DNA of 64,000 nucleotides, from the NCBI GenBank assembly GCA_048940445.1, contig JBHLON010000001.1, positions 96,001 to 160,000 of the forward strand. Reading direction: 5' to 3'. The notes beneath the pieces were generated by a model that searched no databases, was not told where the DNA came from, and saw only the letters and a list, made by a program, of their open reading frames with translations. Origin of the DNA: Promethearchaeota archaeon. Lineage in GTDB: Archaea > Asgardarchaeota > Lokiarchaeia > Sigyniarchaeales > SOKP01. The translations under genes were made by a program, and so were the position numbers. Numbering within the stretch: position 1 is the stretch's first letter; each line of letters starts with the position of its first letter. Below, in pieces: positions 19,311 through 29,231 of this stretch.

Positions 19311-19829
19311 TTATTTTACCATAATTCTACTAATTATATCAAATACTATATCTATATTTTCTCCAGTTTTGGAAGAACACTCTAAATATTCTAAGAAATT
19401 ATTTTCATTGGTAAAATTTTTAGCTTCTTCCTGGGAGATTGTTCTATTCTCCATAAGATCTAATTTACCACCAACTAAGACTTTAGGAACTTCTTGATTA
19501 TGAGTTTGATTTGAATTATCAAACACCGTTAGCCAATCTGTTAAATTTTTAAAAGTATTATATCGGGTAAGATCATACATAAAGATAGCCCCATGTGTGC
19601 CTACTAGAGTGCTAGATAATAAAAATCTGAACTTATCTTCACCTGCAAAATCCCATATATGAAGAGCAATCTTATTACCATTCAAATGTAGTTTCTTTAC
19701 ATAAAAATCCATGCCTAATGTTAATTTGTATGACTCTTTAAAAACACCAGAAAGATATCGATGCGTTAGAGTAGTCTTTCCAACAGCAGAATCCCCTAAA
19801 ATGCAGACCTTATACTGATTATCTTCCAT
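19311..19829 (-). CDS. Rab-like small GTPase (Ras superfamily)
   Basis: GDSAVGKTT, TLGMDF, WDFAGE, GGKLD, ECSSKTG. Confidence 0.92.
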   Translation of the reverse strand: MEDNQYKVCILGDSAVGKTTLTHRYLSGVFKESYKLTLGMDFYVKKLHLNGNKIALHIWDFAGEDKFRFLLSSTLVGTHGAIFMYDLTRYNTFKNLTDWLTVFDNSNQTHNQEVPKVLVGGKLDLMENRTISQEEAKNFTNENNFLEYLECSSKTGENIDIVFDIISRIMVK

Positions 19830-20088
19830 GTTTCAGATATGAGATTAAGTATTCGTTTTAATAGTTCGTAATTTCTTTACAATATGATATAAAGCCTACA
19901 ATTTAAGTATTAATTTATCAATAGATTTAAAAAGAAAAAATACATAGCAATTTTTTAAAAAATAGAGGAAACATTGATTCAATTAATAGGAAAATTCAAA
20001 TGAAACACGGGTAATATCATCAATCGTGTAATATTTTTATTAATCTAATAATATTATAAGAAAAAAGTCTATTTGTATTAATATTATC

Positions 20089-21114
20089 CTACACAATTTT
20101 TGAGATTACTTGTTTAATAGGATTACTTTTAACAAAAGTTTCTAATTCATATGAACTATTAGGAAGTCCTTCACGAACACCAATTTCTTTACATTCTAGA
20201 TAGGACATTGCTGTAGCCATTTTTGAAGCCTTTTGTAAATCAAAATTATTTAATTCTGAAATTAGGAGCCCGGAAAGGAACGCATCTCCCGCACCAGTTG
20301 TATCTTCTACAGAACCTGGATAAACAGAACTATTAACAATATGATTACCATCAGAGATAATGGAGCCATTGGGTCCATCTGTTATAGAAATTAATTTTAT
20401 CCCCATATCTAAAAAATGATGGATCATATGGGTTGCATCCTTTTCATTTGTGAATTCTTCAGCTTCTTCTTTATTTAAAGAAACTACATCAGAATTGGAT
20501 ATTAATTCTTTGGCCCATTTCGGGTTATTTTTAATTATTGACATGCTAGGAGCAGCAAAGATTCTGCCATTTTGGTCTATTGTGAGATCTATTGCTTTTT
20601 TAATAGCTTTACAGCCATTTTCAGAAGTTAAAGAAGTCCATGCAAACGCTTTTGCATTGTTAAAAATTTCATCTTTGATATTAGAAGCCTCCAATAAGTT
20701 ATTAGCCCCTTTATAAGCAAGTATACTTCTATCTTTTCCCCATTCTGTCTTTAAGATCACTGAAAATGCTGTATTATCTTTCTCAGTCTGAATAATGTTA
20801 GACATATCGACTCCTCTATTTTTCATATCTTCTAGACATATATTTGCTGAAAAATCTTTACCCATAATACCAATATATGTGCTTTTTAATCCTAGCATAG
20901 CACAATTAGTTGCAATATTTGCTGCAGAACCCCCTGGGACAAATCTAACTTTTTCAACGTTAAGTTTTCGACTATATTCAATAGCAGTGTATTTTTTAAC
21001 TATATCTTTATCTAATAATTCGAATCTAAGAATATCATTTACTTGAATCATGCAATCAAGGGTGCAACTTCCAATTGTAATTACATCAAAATTACTGTTC
21101 ATTTTATACCACAA
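20089..21114 (-). CDS. PfkB/ribokinase-family carbohydrate kinase
   Basis: PGGSAANIA and DTTGAGDAF signatures. Confidence 0.92.
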   Translation of the reverse strand: MWYKMNSNFDVITIGSCTLDCMIQVNDILRFELLDKDIVKKYTAIEYSRKLNVEKVRFVPGGSAANIATNCAMLGLKSTYIGIMGKDFSANICLEDMKNRGVDMSNIIQTEKDNTAFSVILKTEWGKDRSILAYKGANNLLEASNIKDEIFNNAKAFAWTSLTSENGCKAIKKAIDLTIDQNGRIFAAPSMSIIKNNPKWAKELISNSDVVSLNKEEAEEFTNEKDATHMIHHFLDMGIKLISITDGPNGSIISDGNHIVNSSVYPGSVEDTTGAGDAFLSGLLISELNNFDLQKASKMATAMSYLECKEIGVREGLPNSSYELETFVKSNPIKQVISKIV

Positions 21115-21399
21115 ATATTAAAAAGTTGAAATCGATGAATATGTTAAAAATAAAGCTTTAACTTAAATAGTTTTAGCTAATAAGATAATTGTATTATTAT
21201 TAAATGTTTAAAGAGCTTTCTAAATCAAGAATTAAAGCCTTTAAACATTAATTTTTGATTTTAAACTTAATTTTCATTAATTAGATTCAAACTGTATTTT
21301 AACAGAAACTTTGAATTAGGAATTGAGTAAACCTACGTTTTTAAATATCTTAGACAAGAGAAGAAGTAATAAGTAAATTTCCGGAGATTATTTGGGCCT

Positions 21400-22581
21400 T
21401 TAATTTCTTTCCTCTTCTGGGGGTTTGATATTACGAAATATAAAATAAATTGCTATATCATACACAATTTTAATACTTCCACCAAAAACAAATGGTAAAA
21501 TAAAATTTCCCGTATCAATTAATGATGTAGCTAATGGAGGACTGATAGATGAGGATACTGTTCGAACAGTATTAGTAATTGCTGCAGTTGATGCTCTATC
21601 TTCAGATTTAACTATTGCATTTACATAAGATTGCCTTGTGGGAACATCCATTTGTGAAATTGATTGCCGTAAGAGTAACAGTACTACCGCAAATACCAAT
21701 GTAGGGGCAAAAGGTACGGCTATTAAAAAGATATTAGAAGGAATGTGTGTGATAACCATCGTTTTTAATAGACCAACTCTTTTTGCTAAAATTGGTGCTA
21801 AAACTATAGAGATTGCCGTGATAATATCTGTAAGAGAGAAAATAATTGATAAAGATATTAATTGCACATTGAATCTTAAATAGAACCATGTTGAAAGCAA
21901 GACTTTAACGATGAATCCTCCTCCAAACGCGTCAATTGAAAACAAAGAAGATAATTTTAAAACAATTTTTCTTGAATCGGAATGAAATATTATTTTTTCA
22001 GATTTAGCAAAAATTTCATCAATATTTTTGAAACTCAAATATATGATCATTTGAAATATACCGATAATTAAATATGCATAAAAAGCAAAACTTAAAGATA
22101 AGCCAACTTGTGGTAAAAAATCTGGTAGCCCACTGAATAGAGATCCTAACGACATGGACACGTAACCAACGAAATTGTAAAAGCTAAAAATATGAGTTCT
22201 TTTTGTGTCATCTACAGACCAAGAAATTATTGATTGTTCAATACTTTGAAAAGGTCCTGTTTCTGTTCCATGAGCACTCAATAAACCGATAAGAGCCGCA
22301 ACAATGATCATAGTTGAATTTAAGTTCCATAGGAATAGCGATGCAGAGACAACCATTAAGAATGAGAGAAACACCAATATCCAGCGTTGACCTATTCGTT
22401 TTATTACTAACGTTAATATGATATTAAAGGGGATATTTGATAAGATCATCAAAGAAACAATAATACCTACAAAAGTCAGGTTATAACCTTGACCAAGTAA
22501 ATATAACGGTAAAATGATACTCATAAGTGAACTTCCAAATACTCTTATAAATTTTACTACCATTAATTTTTGAATTAGCAT
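21400..22581 (-). CDS. MFS transporter
   Basis: 12 TM; GTETGPF, DAFGGG, THIPSN, SQMDVPTRQSY. Confidence 0.9.
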   Translation of the reverse strand: MLIQKLMVVKFIRVFGSSLMSIILPLYLLGQGYNLTFVGIIVSLMILSNIPFNIILTLVIKRIGQRWILVFLSFLMVVSASLFLWNLNSTMIIVAALIGLLSAHGTETGPFQSIEQSIISWSVDDTKRTHIFSFYNFVGYVSMSLGSLFSGLPDFLPQVGLSLSFAFYAYLIIGIFQMIIYLSFKNIDEIFAKSEKIIFHSDSRKIVLKLSSLFSIDAFGGGFIVKVLLSTWFYLRFNVQLISLSIIFSLTDIITAISIVLAPILAKRVGLLKTMVITHIPSNIFLIAVPFAPTLVFAVVLLLLRQSISQMDVPTRQSYVNAIVKSEDRASTAAITNTVRTVSSSISPPLATSLIDTGNFILPFVFGGSIKIVYDIAIYFIFRNIKPPEEERN

Positions 22582-22706
22582 AATAAAATTACTAAAAGTA
22601 GAATTAACTAAAAAATCATATTATTTTGAAAATCTATTTAATAAAGGAGAACTGAAAGCTAAATAAATTTAGTTTCAATATAAAATTTTTTAGGAAAAGG
22701 TAAATT

Positions 22707-23333
22707 TTAATCTCTCGATTTTAATTTATTGAGTTCTTCTTCTAATTCCTTAATCTTACCATCGGGTTCTACAGAGGGTAATGCTCCCCCTACTTCAGCT
22801 CCAATTTCTGCATCTATTTCACCTAAAACATCCTTAACATCAGTATCAGTAACTGCAGTATCAATCATTAAATCATTTATTCCATCAGTAGTTATTTCTT
22901 CCGTAACATTAAAGTCTTCGATATCTACTCCAATTTGAGTCATAAGTTCGGTAATTTGTGGAATTGATAATGAATTTTTTAGCGCACCAAGACTCATTGC
23001 TATTCCTCTCATAATTTCAGCAACATCTTTTACAGCACTAGCTTGTTCCAACTTAAAGACCATACCTTCAAGGTTTGTCCTGAATAGGTCTATTGCTCTT
23101 GCTTGTTTCTTAACTTGTAAGTAGTTACGAGCGTGAAATTCCGAACCCTGCATATCACCAGCTTTTCGAAGATTGACAGCTTTGTCCCTTGCAAGTTTTG
23201 CTGACATCTCCATTTTTTTTGTTTGCCTCATTAATCGTTTGTTAAAAACTTTTAATTTTACGGTCGCAGATCGTACAGTATCCTTTTTACGACCTCCGGA
23301 TAACCAACCCGAAAGATCTTTCAAAAATCCCAT
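22707..23333 (-). CDS. ESCRT-III protein, Vps2/24/46 class (Snf7 fold)
   Basis: Basic N-terminal helical hairpin (A+N.LQ.KKQ), acidic C-terminal half, terminal MIM1-like helix IKELEEELNKLK; adjacent to vps4. Confidence 0.88.
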   Translation of the reverse strand: MGFLKDLSGWLSGGRKKDTVRSATVKLKVFNKRLMRQTKKMEMSAKLARDKAVNLRKAGDMQGSEFHARNYLQVKKQARAIDLFRTNLEGMVFKLEQASAVKDVAEIMRGIAMSLGALKNSLSIPQITELMTQIGVDIEDFNVTEEITTDGINDLMIDTAVTDTDVKDVLGEIDAEIGAEVGGALPSVEPDGKIKELEEELNKLKSRD

Positions 23334-23562
23334 TTTTCATCAACTTTTAGTTAATTTATATAATATAAAAAAATTCGAGATTATATAATTTTTTGTAGAC
23401 CAATAATTAAGATGATAAATCTCGAGGAGACATCATACCAAAAAGAAAATTTGTATTAACTTTTTTTAATGTTTAATAAAAGTGAAGATTGGTATTAGAT
23501 TAATTTAAATAACAATTGAAATATTATAAAATAAAATAAGCTAAAAATAAGAGGTTTTAATT

Positions 23563-24780
23563 ATCTCATCAGTAGACTCAAAACTATATCAATATGCAGT
23601 CCAAGAAGCTCAAGCTGCTGTAAATTTAGATGAAAAAGGTCATTTACACCAAGCAATGAATAAGTACTTTAGAGCAGCAGAAATACTTATTCAATTTATT
23701 AAGTATAATAAAAATCCAATTATGATCAGAAAGTGTAAAGATCAAATTGAACAATACATGACTAGGGCTCAAGTTCTTAAAGAGCATCTAAGTGGTCCAA
23801 GAGCTAGGAGGCCACATCCAAAGGCAACTCCTAGTGAACCACATGAAGGAGAACCAAATGCAGAGGAAGGAAGTCTATCAGCTGAGGAGCAGGAACTCAT
23901 GGACTCTATTTCAGACACAATCTTAACAGAATCCCCTAATGTTAAGTGGAACGAAATCGCAGGTCTAAGCGATTGTAAGCAAGCAGTAAGAGAAGCTATT
24001 GTATTACCAATCATGAAACCGGATTTATTTACAGGTGCAAGAAAACCATGGTCGGGAATATTGTTATTTGGACCTCCTGGATGCGGAAAAACATTATTAG
24101 CAAAAGCGGCTGCCACGGAATGTAAAGCGACATTTTTTAGTGTCTCATCAGCAGATTTATTAAGCAAATGGTTAGGTGAAAGTGAAAAATTAATCTCATC
24201 GCTTTTTAAGTTAGCCCGAACAAGAGCACCAAGCCTAATTTTTATGGACGAAATTGATTCCGTAACCACGACTAGAGGTAGTGGACATGAAGGAGGAGGA
24301 GAGAGAAGAGTCAAAACTCAGTTATTACAAGAAATTCAAGGCGTTAAATCAACTCATGATAAGCCAATGCTTGTGCTGGGAGCTACAAACCGACCTTGGG
24401 ATATTGATATAGCAATGTTAAGCAGATTTGAAAAGAAAGTATACGTGCCACTTCCAGATCAACCAGCAAGAGCAGGTATTTTTAAGATTCATACTTCAGG
24501 AGTTAATTCTGCCTTAACAGAAGAAGATTATATTGAATTAGCAGTTCGTACTGAGTCTTATTCTGGTAGAGACATATCAAATATTTGCCGTGAAGTCATT
24601 ATGATTCCTGTAAGAGAATTAGATATGGGTGGGTTACTGGAAGATCCGGAAAAAGAAGTTGTTGTGAGAGATATAAACCTAAAAGATTTTTTAAAGACTA
24701 TAAAGAAAGTAAAGCCAATGATGACTAAGGCTGAATTGAAGAAATATCAAGTATGGGCAGAGGAATTCGGAGAATTTTAG
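23563..24780 (+). CDS. vps4: Vps4 AAA ATPase with N-terminal MIT domain (start probably ATC 23563 or ATT 23560, not ATG 23656)
   Basis: PNVKWNEIAGL, GPPGCGKT, SKWLGESEK, FMDEID, GATNRPWD, C-terminal WAEEFG; MIT helix 1 LYQYAVQEAQAAVNLDEKG is encoded in frame upstream of the first ATG. Confidence 0.92.
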   Translation: MSSVDSKLYQYAVQEAQAAVNLDEKGHLHQAMNKYFRAAEILIQFIKYNKNPIMIRKCKDQIEQYMTRAQVLKEHLSGPRARRPHPKATPSEPHEGEPNAEEGSLSAEEQELMDSISDTILTESPNVKWNEIAGLSDCKQAVREAIVLPIMKPDLFTGARKPWSGILLFGPPGCGKTLLAKAAATECKATFFSVSSADLLSKWLGESEKLISSLFKLARTRAPSLIFMDEIDSVTTTRGSGHEGGGERRVKTQLLQEIQGVKSTHDKPMLVLGATNRPWDIDIAMLSRFEKKVYVPLPDQPARAGIFKIHTSGVNSALTEEDYIELAVRTESYSGRDISNICREVIMIPVRELDMGGLLEDPEKEVVVRDINLKDFLKTIKKVKPMMTKAELKKYQVWAEEFGEF

Positions 24781-24781
24781 G

Positions 24782-25666
24782 ATGGAGAAACAAAGAGAAA
24801 AACCAAAAGAAATTCCAAAAAAAGTTGAAGAAAAAGCAACAATAGATCTAGATGAATTAAGAAAGGAGTTAGCACGATTAAAAGAACTGAAGAAACAAAG
24901 AGAGTCAGAGAAGCCTCCGGAAGACATTGTTAAGGAAGAAGAAGTTATTGAAAAACCAATTTCAGAAAACATTGGAACTCGGTTAGATAGAATTGAGGAT
25001 TTCTTGACAAGTAAACTTGGTGATGTAGATTTAGAAGCATATAAGCAACATTCTGCTCAAATAGAAAAAGAACTTAAAAGCATAGAACAAGAATTAGTAG
25101 GTGAAGAAGGTGTTATAGCTAAAGAGATCTCTACCTACGAATTACTACTCAATGATTATCCTTGGCTTGAAGAAAAAAGATATGTATTCATGTATTCTAT
25201 CCCTAATAAAAAAAATAATCTTAAAGATTTCGAATCATGGAAGAATGAATGGTCAAAGGTACTTTTTGATTATGCAAGATATGCAATTCTTCACATTTTA
25301 TATTTAAGAAAATTAGAATCGGAGAAGCCATTCTCTAAATTTGAAAACAGAAATACAGCTTTAGAAATAATTGCGCAGGAATTAGTCGATAGAAACCAGG
25401 CAGAATGGCTTACAAAAAGCAAAGAGAAATTAAGAATATATTGGAAAACTCTTGACAATTGGGCAGAGGAAATTTATGAATGGGCCATGGAAATATCACC
25501 TCTAGAACCCATTTTGATATTTGAAATAAGAGAATCTAATAGAGCTTTCAGTACATTACCAAAAGAGGATTTGCTTGAAATTTTCAAAAGACTTGAGAAA
25601 AATGAACGTGGAAGGATTATTAAGTCAGAGGATGGCCAAATATCTTTCAAAATAAAGGTAGAATAG
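24782..25666 (+). CDS. vps25: ESCRT-II Vps25-like protein with long N-terminal extension
   Basis: SWKNEWSKVLFDY...AEW....LRIYWKTLDNWAEEIYEW tandem winged-helix pattern. Confidence 0.85.
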   Translation: MEKQREKPKEIPKKVEEKATIDLDELRKELARLKELKKQRESEKPPEDIVKEEEVIEKPISENIGTRLDRIEDFLTSKLGDVDLEAYKQHSAQIEKELKSIEQELVGEEGVIAKEISTYELLLNDYPWLEEKRYVFMYSIPNKKNNLKDFESWKNEWSKVLFDYARYAILHILYLRKLESEKPFSKFENRNTALEIIAQELVDRNQAEWLTKSKEKLRIYWKTLDNWAEEIYEWAMEISPLEPILIFEIRESNRAFSTLPKEDLLEIFKRLEKNERGRIIKSEDGQISFKIKVE

Positions 25667-25670
25667 ATTT

Positions 25671-26399
25671 TTATATCGAGGGAAAATACCATTGCTTCCC
25701 CTTTAAAAGGGACTCTCTATATTTTGCAATACCACTTTGCTCAAGAGAATGCAAAGTCTCTAATGCTCGATCCTGAGCCCAATTTAACCCCACACATACA
25801 TCCTCTAAAGACAGAAAACCCTTATCTTTAGCAATTTCTAAAACTTTTACTTGATCACTAGTATATTGTACTGGAAAGAATCTAATCATTATAGTGCCTG
25901 AATCCAATTCAATTAAATCATCAATTACTTGATTTTTCTTTAGTATCTTCAATGCTTTATTTAAGTCTTTAATATCAACGTTTCCTTTTAAAATTCCGGT
26001 ATTTATCATGTCAAAAACTTCTGAAATAGGAATTATTCCGGCTCCAATTTCTTCTTTTTGCATAAGAACTCTTTGATATGCTAACATACCTAACTTCTCA
26101 TGATCTACCTTTGAAGACCTTTTTAAAACATCATGTTCATTAATTTGCTCGGTGATGATTTTAGAAGTAGGAATTTTATATTCTTTTTGTAAATATTTTA
26201 CTTCATCCTTTAATTCTGGTGTTAAAGCTAAAACAACTCCATGTTTCTTAGCTAATTCTCTTAATCTTTCCTTTGTAAACTTTTCTGTTTCTGCTTTAGC
26301 TTGAATGTCTTTTATTCTAAGCTCTGCTGCCTTTTTCTTGATCGCTTCTTTTAAGTCAATTTCATCTTCTATTTTTCGAATACCCATCCTGCCTAACAC
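25671..26399 (-). CDS. ESCRT-II Vps22/36 (EAP30)-like protein (ATG 26387 is a possible start)
   Basis: N-terminal coiled coil, GIIPISEV, DQVKVLEIA..KGFLS...LNW..DRA...L..L...G winged helices. Confidence 0.85.
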   Translation of the reverse strand: MLGRMGIRKIEDEIDLKEAIKKKAAELRIKDIQAKAETEKFTKERLRELAKKHGVVLALTPELKDEVKYLQKEYKIPTSKIITEQINEHDVLKRSSKVDHEKLGMLAYQRVLMQKEEIGAGIIPISEVFDMINTGILKGNVDIKDLNKALKILKKNQVIDDLIELDSGTIMIRFFPVQYTSDQVKVLEIAKDKGFLSLEDVCVGLNWAQDRALETLHSLEQSGIAKYRESLLKGKQWYFPSI

Positions 26400-26465
26400 T
26401 ATTTTTTAATATCTTACTTGATTAATATTAATAAATCTACTTATTTCTTTTGATTTTTCTCTGTT

Positions 26466-27041
26466 ATGAATATTTCAAAAAAAGTTAGACGAGTTAATAA
26501 CTTTGAAAAAAAAATTATAACTAATACTTTTAATCAAATTTCACCAAAATTCAATGAATTGTTAGAAGAAGATAAATTTTCTATGTATATAACCTTAAAT
26601 AAAGAACCTGAAAAACAGCAAATTTCAATTTACTTAATTCACAGAAAATTAAATTATTTAGAGCAATTGATTAATTTTGCTGATATACACTCATTTGGTC
26701 TTTATTTTGGTTTCATAAAAAAAGGAAAATTCTTTTTAAGCTTAGAAGGAGCTGATTTTCTGTATAAAGGAAACTTTATTTCTAAAAAAGATGAACTCAT
26801 AGTTAATAAAGAAGGAGAGAAGGCTATTCTTTATGGAAATAACGTACTAAAGAAAATGATATTACATTTTCCCCTAGAAGCAAAAAGTGAAAGTCTAATA
26901 ATGATTTTAAACGAATTAGAAGAATTAATAGGTATTGGGTTTACTAAGATTAAAGGTGATGATTTCAACAAATATTTTCCAGAGGATCTGATTACAGTAA
27001 ATTTAATCGATAAAGGGTATTACCTAAGAAGAGAAAATTAA
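26466..27041 (+). CDS. NIP7-like ribosome biogenesis protein (PUA domain)
   Basis: SFGLYFG....F.LSLEG, GEKAILYGNNV, DKGYYLR. Confidence 0.8.
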   Translation: MNISKKVRRVNNFEKKIITNTFNQISPKFNELLEEDKFSMYITLNKEPEKQQISIYLIHRKLNYLEQLINFADIHSFGLYFGFIKKGKFFLSLEGADFLYKGNFISKKDELIVNKEGEKAILYGNNVLKKMILHFPLEAKSESLIMILNELEELIGIGFTKIKGDDFNKYFPEDLITVNLIDKGYYLRREN

Positions 27042-27044
27042 TTA

Positions 27045-28031
27045 TTAAGTTATTCTTTTAATCAAGCAAAAAAAGAATCCAATTGTATTATGAAGATGAG
27101 GATATAGCCTCTGAGAATATTTAAGGTCATCCAAAAGGTGTTTTTTATAATAAGATGTTAATCCTTGCATTCCATAATTTTTATTAATTTTTTGAATTTT
27201 AAATTTAGACTGATTTCTCAAAACCTTGTCTATTACTAATTCATTCTCTTCAGGACTTATAGAACAAGTACTATATAATAATAAGCCCTCTTGCTTTAAT
27301 GAATGGAGTCCAGCATTTAATAATTCTTTCTGGACTTTAGCCAATTTTTCTAAGTCATGCATAGTTCTACTCTTTTTTCTACTTGAATCCTCTCTTATTA
27401 AACCCTCACCGGTACAAGGAGCGTCCAATAATATTTTATCAGCTTTAATGTTTAATTCTAATAAATTTCTTGCATCATTTTTTAAAATAATTGAATTGTT
27501 AATTCCCATTCTGCGTATATTCATTTCTAAAGACGAAATTCTCTTAGAATTTTTTTCAATTAGAATAAGAGTTCCTTGATTATTCATAATTTGAGCTAAA
27601 TGGGTTGATTTGCCTCCAGGAGCAGCGCACATATCTATTACAATTTCATTTATTTTGGGATTGAGAATCATTGGCGGAAGCATAGAGGCGGTATTTTGTA
27701 AATAATAATAACCTTGTAAATACTCATGAGTAGAACCAAGATTAAATTTAGTTTTTAAAACCTCGAATCCATAGGGAATCCATTTTATATTTTTTAACTT
27801 TAAACCTTTCTTTGTTAATCTGTATTTTAAGTTCTCTGTAGTTATCCTTAATGTATTAACTCTCAAAGATGGAATCAATGGTATTTCATTTGCTTCTAAT
27901 AGCTTTATAGTATCTTCCAAACCTAAAATTTGGATATATCTCTCAATCATATAGGGGAGATAACCAAACTTTTGGGCAAGTTCTTCGCTTCTTTTTAGGG
28001 GATTAGATATTTTACTGTCAACTCGATCCAT
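27045..28031 (-). CDS. RsmB/NOP2-family RNA m5C methyltransferase
   Basis: DMCAAPGGKS, LLDAPCTGEG, YSTCS..PEENE. Confidence 0.95.
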   Translation of the reverse strand: MDRVDSKISNPLKRSEELAQKFGYLPYMIERYIQILGLEDTIKLLEANEIPLIPSLRVNTLRITTENLKYRLTKKGLKLKNIKWIPYGFEVLKTKFNLGSTHEYLQGYYYLQNTASMLPPMILNPKINEIVIDMCAAPGGKSTHLAQIMNNQGTLILIEKNSKRISSLEMNIRRMGINNSIILKNDARNLLELNIKADKILLDAPCTGEGLIREDSSRKKSRTMHDLEKLAKVQKELLNAGLHSLKQEGLLLYSTCSISPEENELVIDKVLRNQSKFKIQKINKNYGMQGLTSYYKKHLLDDLKYSQRLYPHLHNTIGFFFCLIKRIT

Positions 28032-28085
28032 TCTATTAATACTTAATAAAAAATAATGAATTATATTTGTTATTAGTAAAGTAAG

Positions 28086-28694
28086 TTGAAGGATATGATT
28101 GAAGTCGAAATAAAAGTAGCTATTTCTAATCCAAAGTTGATATTAACAAAAGTAAAAGAACTAAATGGAAAATATATTATGTCGTTGAATCATGAAGATA
28201 CATACTATAATATGCCAAATGGTTTAAGAAATTTCAAAGAAACCGATGAAGCACTCCGAATAAGGAAAGTTATCGAATTTAATAAATATAAAGCTGATAA
28301 ATCTTACTTGATCAAGGGTTATATCACTTATAAAGGACAAAAAATCGACCAAACAACCAAAACTCGTGAAGAAATAGAGATTGAAATAGATGATTTCAAA
28401 AGTATGAAAAGTATGTTATTACATCTTGGATTTAAAGAAATAATTACTGTAAAGAAAGAAAGGGAATTATATGAATTTTGGTTTAAAAATAACAAAATTG
28501 AATTATTACTGGATTTTTTACCCCTTCTAAATCAAAATTTCATAGAAACTGAAATAATAATAAATGATAAGAAAAATATCAATAAAACTAAAGAGATTAT
28601 GTTCGACTTTCTTAAACTATTTGGAGTAACTGAAAAGGAATCAATAAGAGAATCTTATTTAGAGTTAATAACAAAAAAGCTGCATATTCTATAA
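28086..28694 (+). CDS. cyaB: Class IV adenylate cyclase / CYTH-domain protein
   Basis: EVEIK, DTYY, ALRIR, TYKG, REEIE, V.K.RE, SYLEL. Confidence 0.88.
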   Translation: MKDMIEVEIKVAISNPKLILTKVKELNGKYIMSLNHEDTYYNMPNGLRNFKETDEALRIRKVIEFNKYKADKSYLIKGYITYKGQKIDQTTKTREEIEIEIDDFKSMKSMLLHLGFKEIITVKKERELYEFWFKNNKIELLLDFLPLLNQNFIETEIIINDKKNINKTKEIMFDFLKLFGVTEKESIRESYLELITKKLHIL

Positions 28695-28727
28695 TAAAGA
28701 TTTTTAAGTAGAAAGATGAATGCTTGC

Positions 28728-28904
28728 TTAATTTGATAGCAATTCAGCGAACTTTTGGATCTCCATTTCTAATTCTTTTTTAATGATACATAGATTATAG
28801 TTTTCATAAACGATTTTGGCAGCATCAGTTTGAATTAATTTTGCCTTCTTAGAAATTTTATTTACAAAATCTAAAAATTGATAATAATCGGCATTATTCT
28901 CCAT
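28728..28904 (-). CDS. Small hypothetical protein (58 aa) missed by the ORF track
   Basis: ATG..TAA ORF MENNADYYQFLDFVNKISKKAKLIQTDAAKIVYENYNLCIIKKELEMEIQKFAELLSN fills an otherwise empty gap. Confidence 0.55.
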   Translation of the reverse strand: MENNADYYQFLDFVNKISKKAKLIQTDAAKIVYENYNLCIIKKELEMEIQKFAELLSN

Positions 28905-29231
28905 TTCTACATTCGTCTCATACTTTTATATTTTCTTAATTCATTATGGTTTAATGTTAATTAATAGATCATCAATAACACTTAATAACAATCTGGAGTC
29001 CAATTATTAAGAAATCATAAGTTTAATTGCTAAGCACCTACGTGATTAAGACTTATTCTAATAAAGAGTGTGGGAATAAGCACCCATTTCTTCTTAAAGT
29101 TATCTCCAATATTTTTAATGAGTTTTTTTTACATTTTAACTATTAATTGGATATAGACTTTCTCTTAAACAAACAAGCTTCAAATAATTGACATCATTAA
29201 ATAATAAAGAATTATGAGATTTAATGATCAA

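Noticed and set aside
23769-24314. 181-aa antisense ORF within vps4, and similar short shadow or alternate-frame ORFs (759, 4158, 7558, 9402, 9499, 10336, 12620, 13788, 14400, 14700, 17567, 20450, 20795, 21638, 22729, 23173, 24691, 25474, 27226, 34581, 40945, 41221, 42775, 46924, 50109, 54161, 59153, 59865)
   Set aside because: They overlap well-supported genes and have no recognisable motifs
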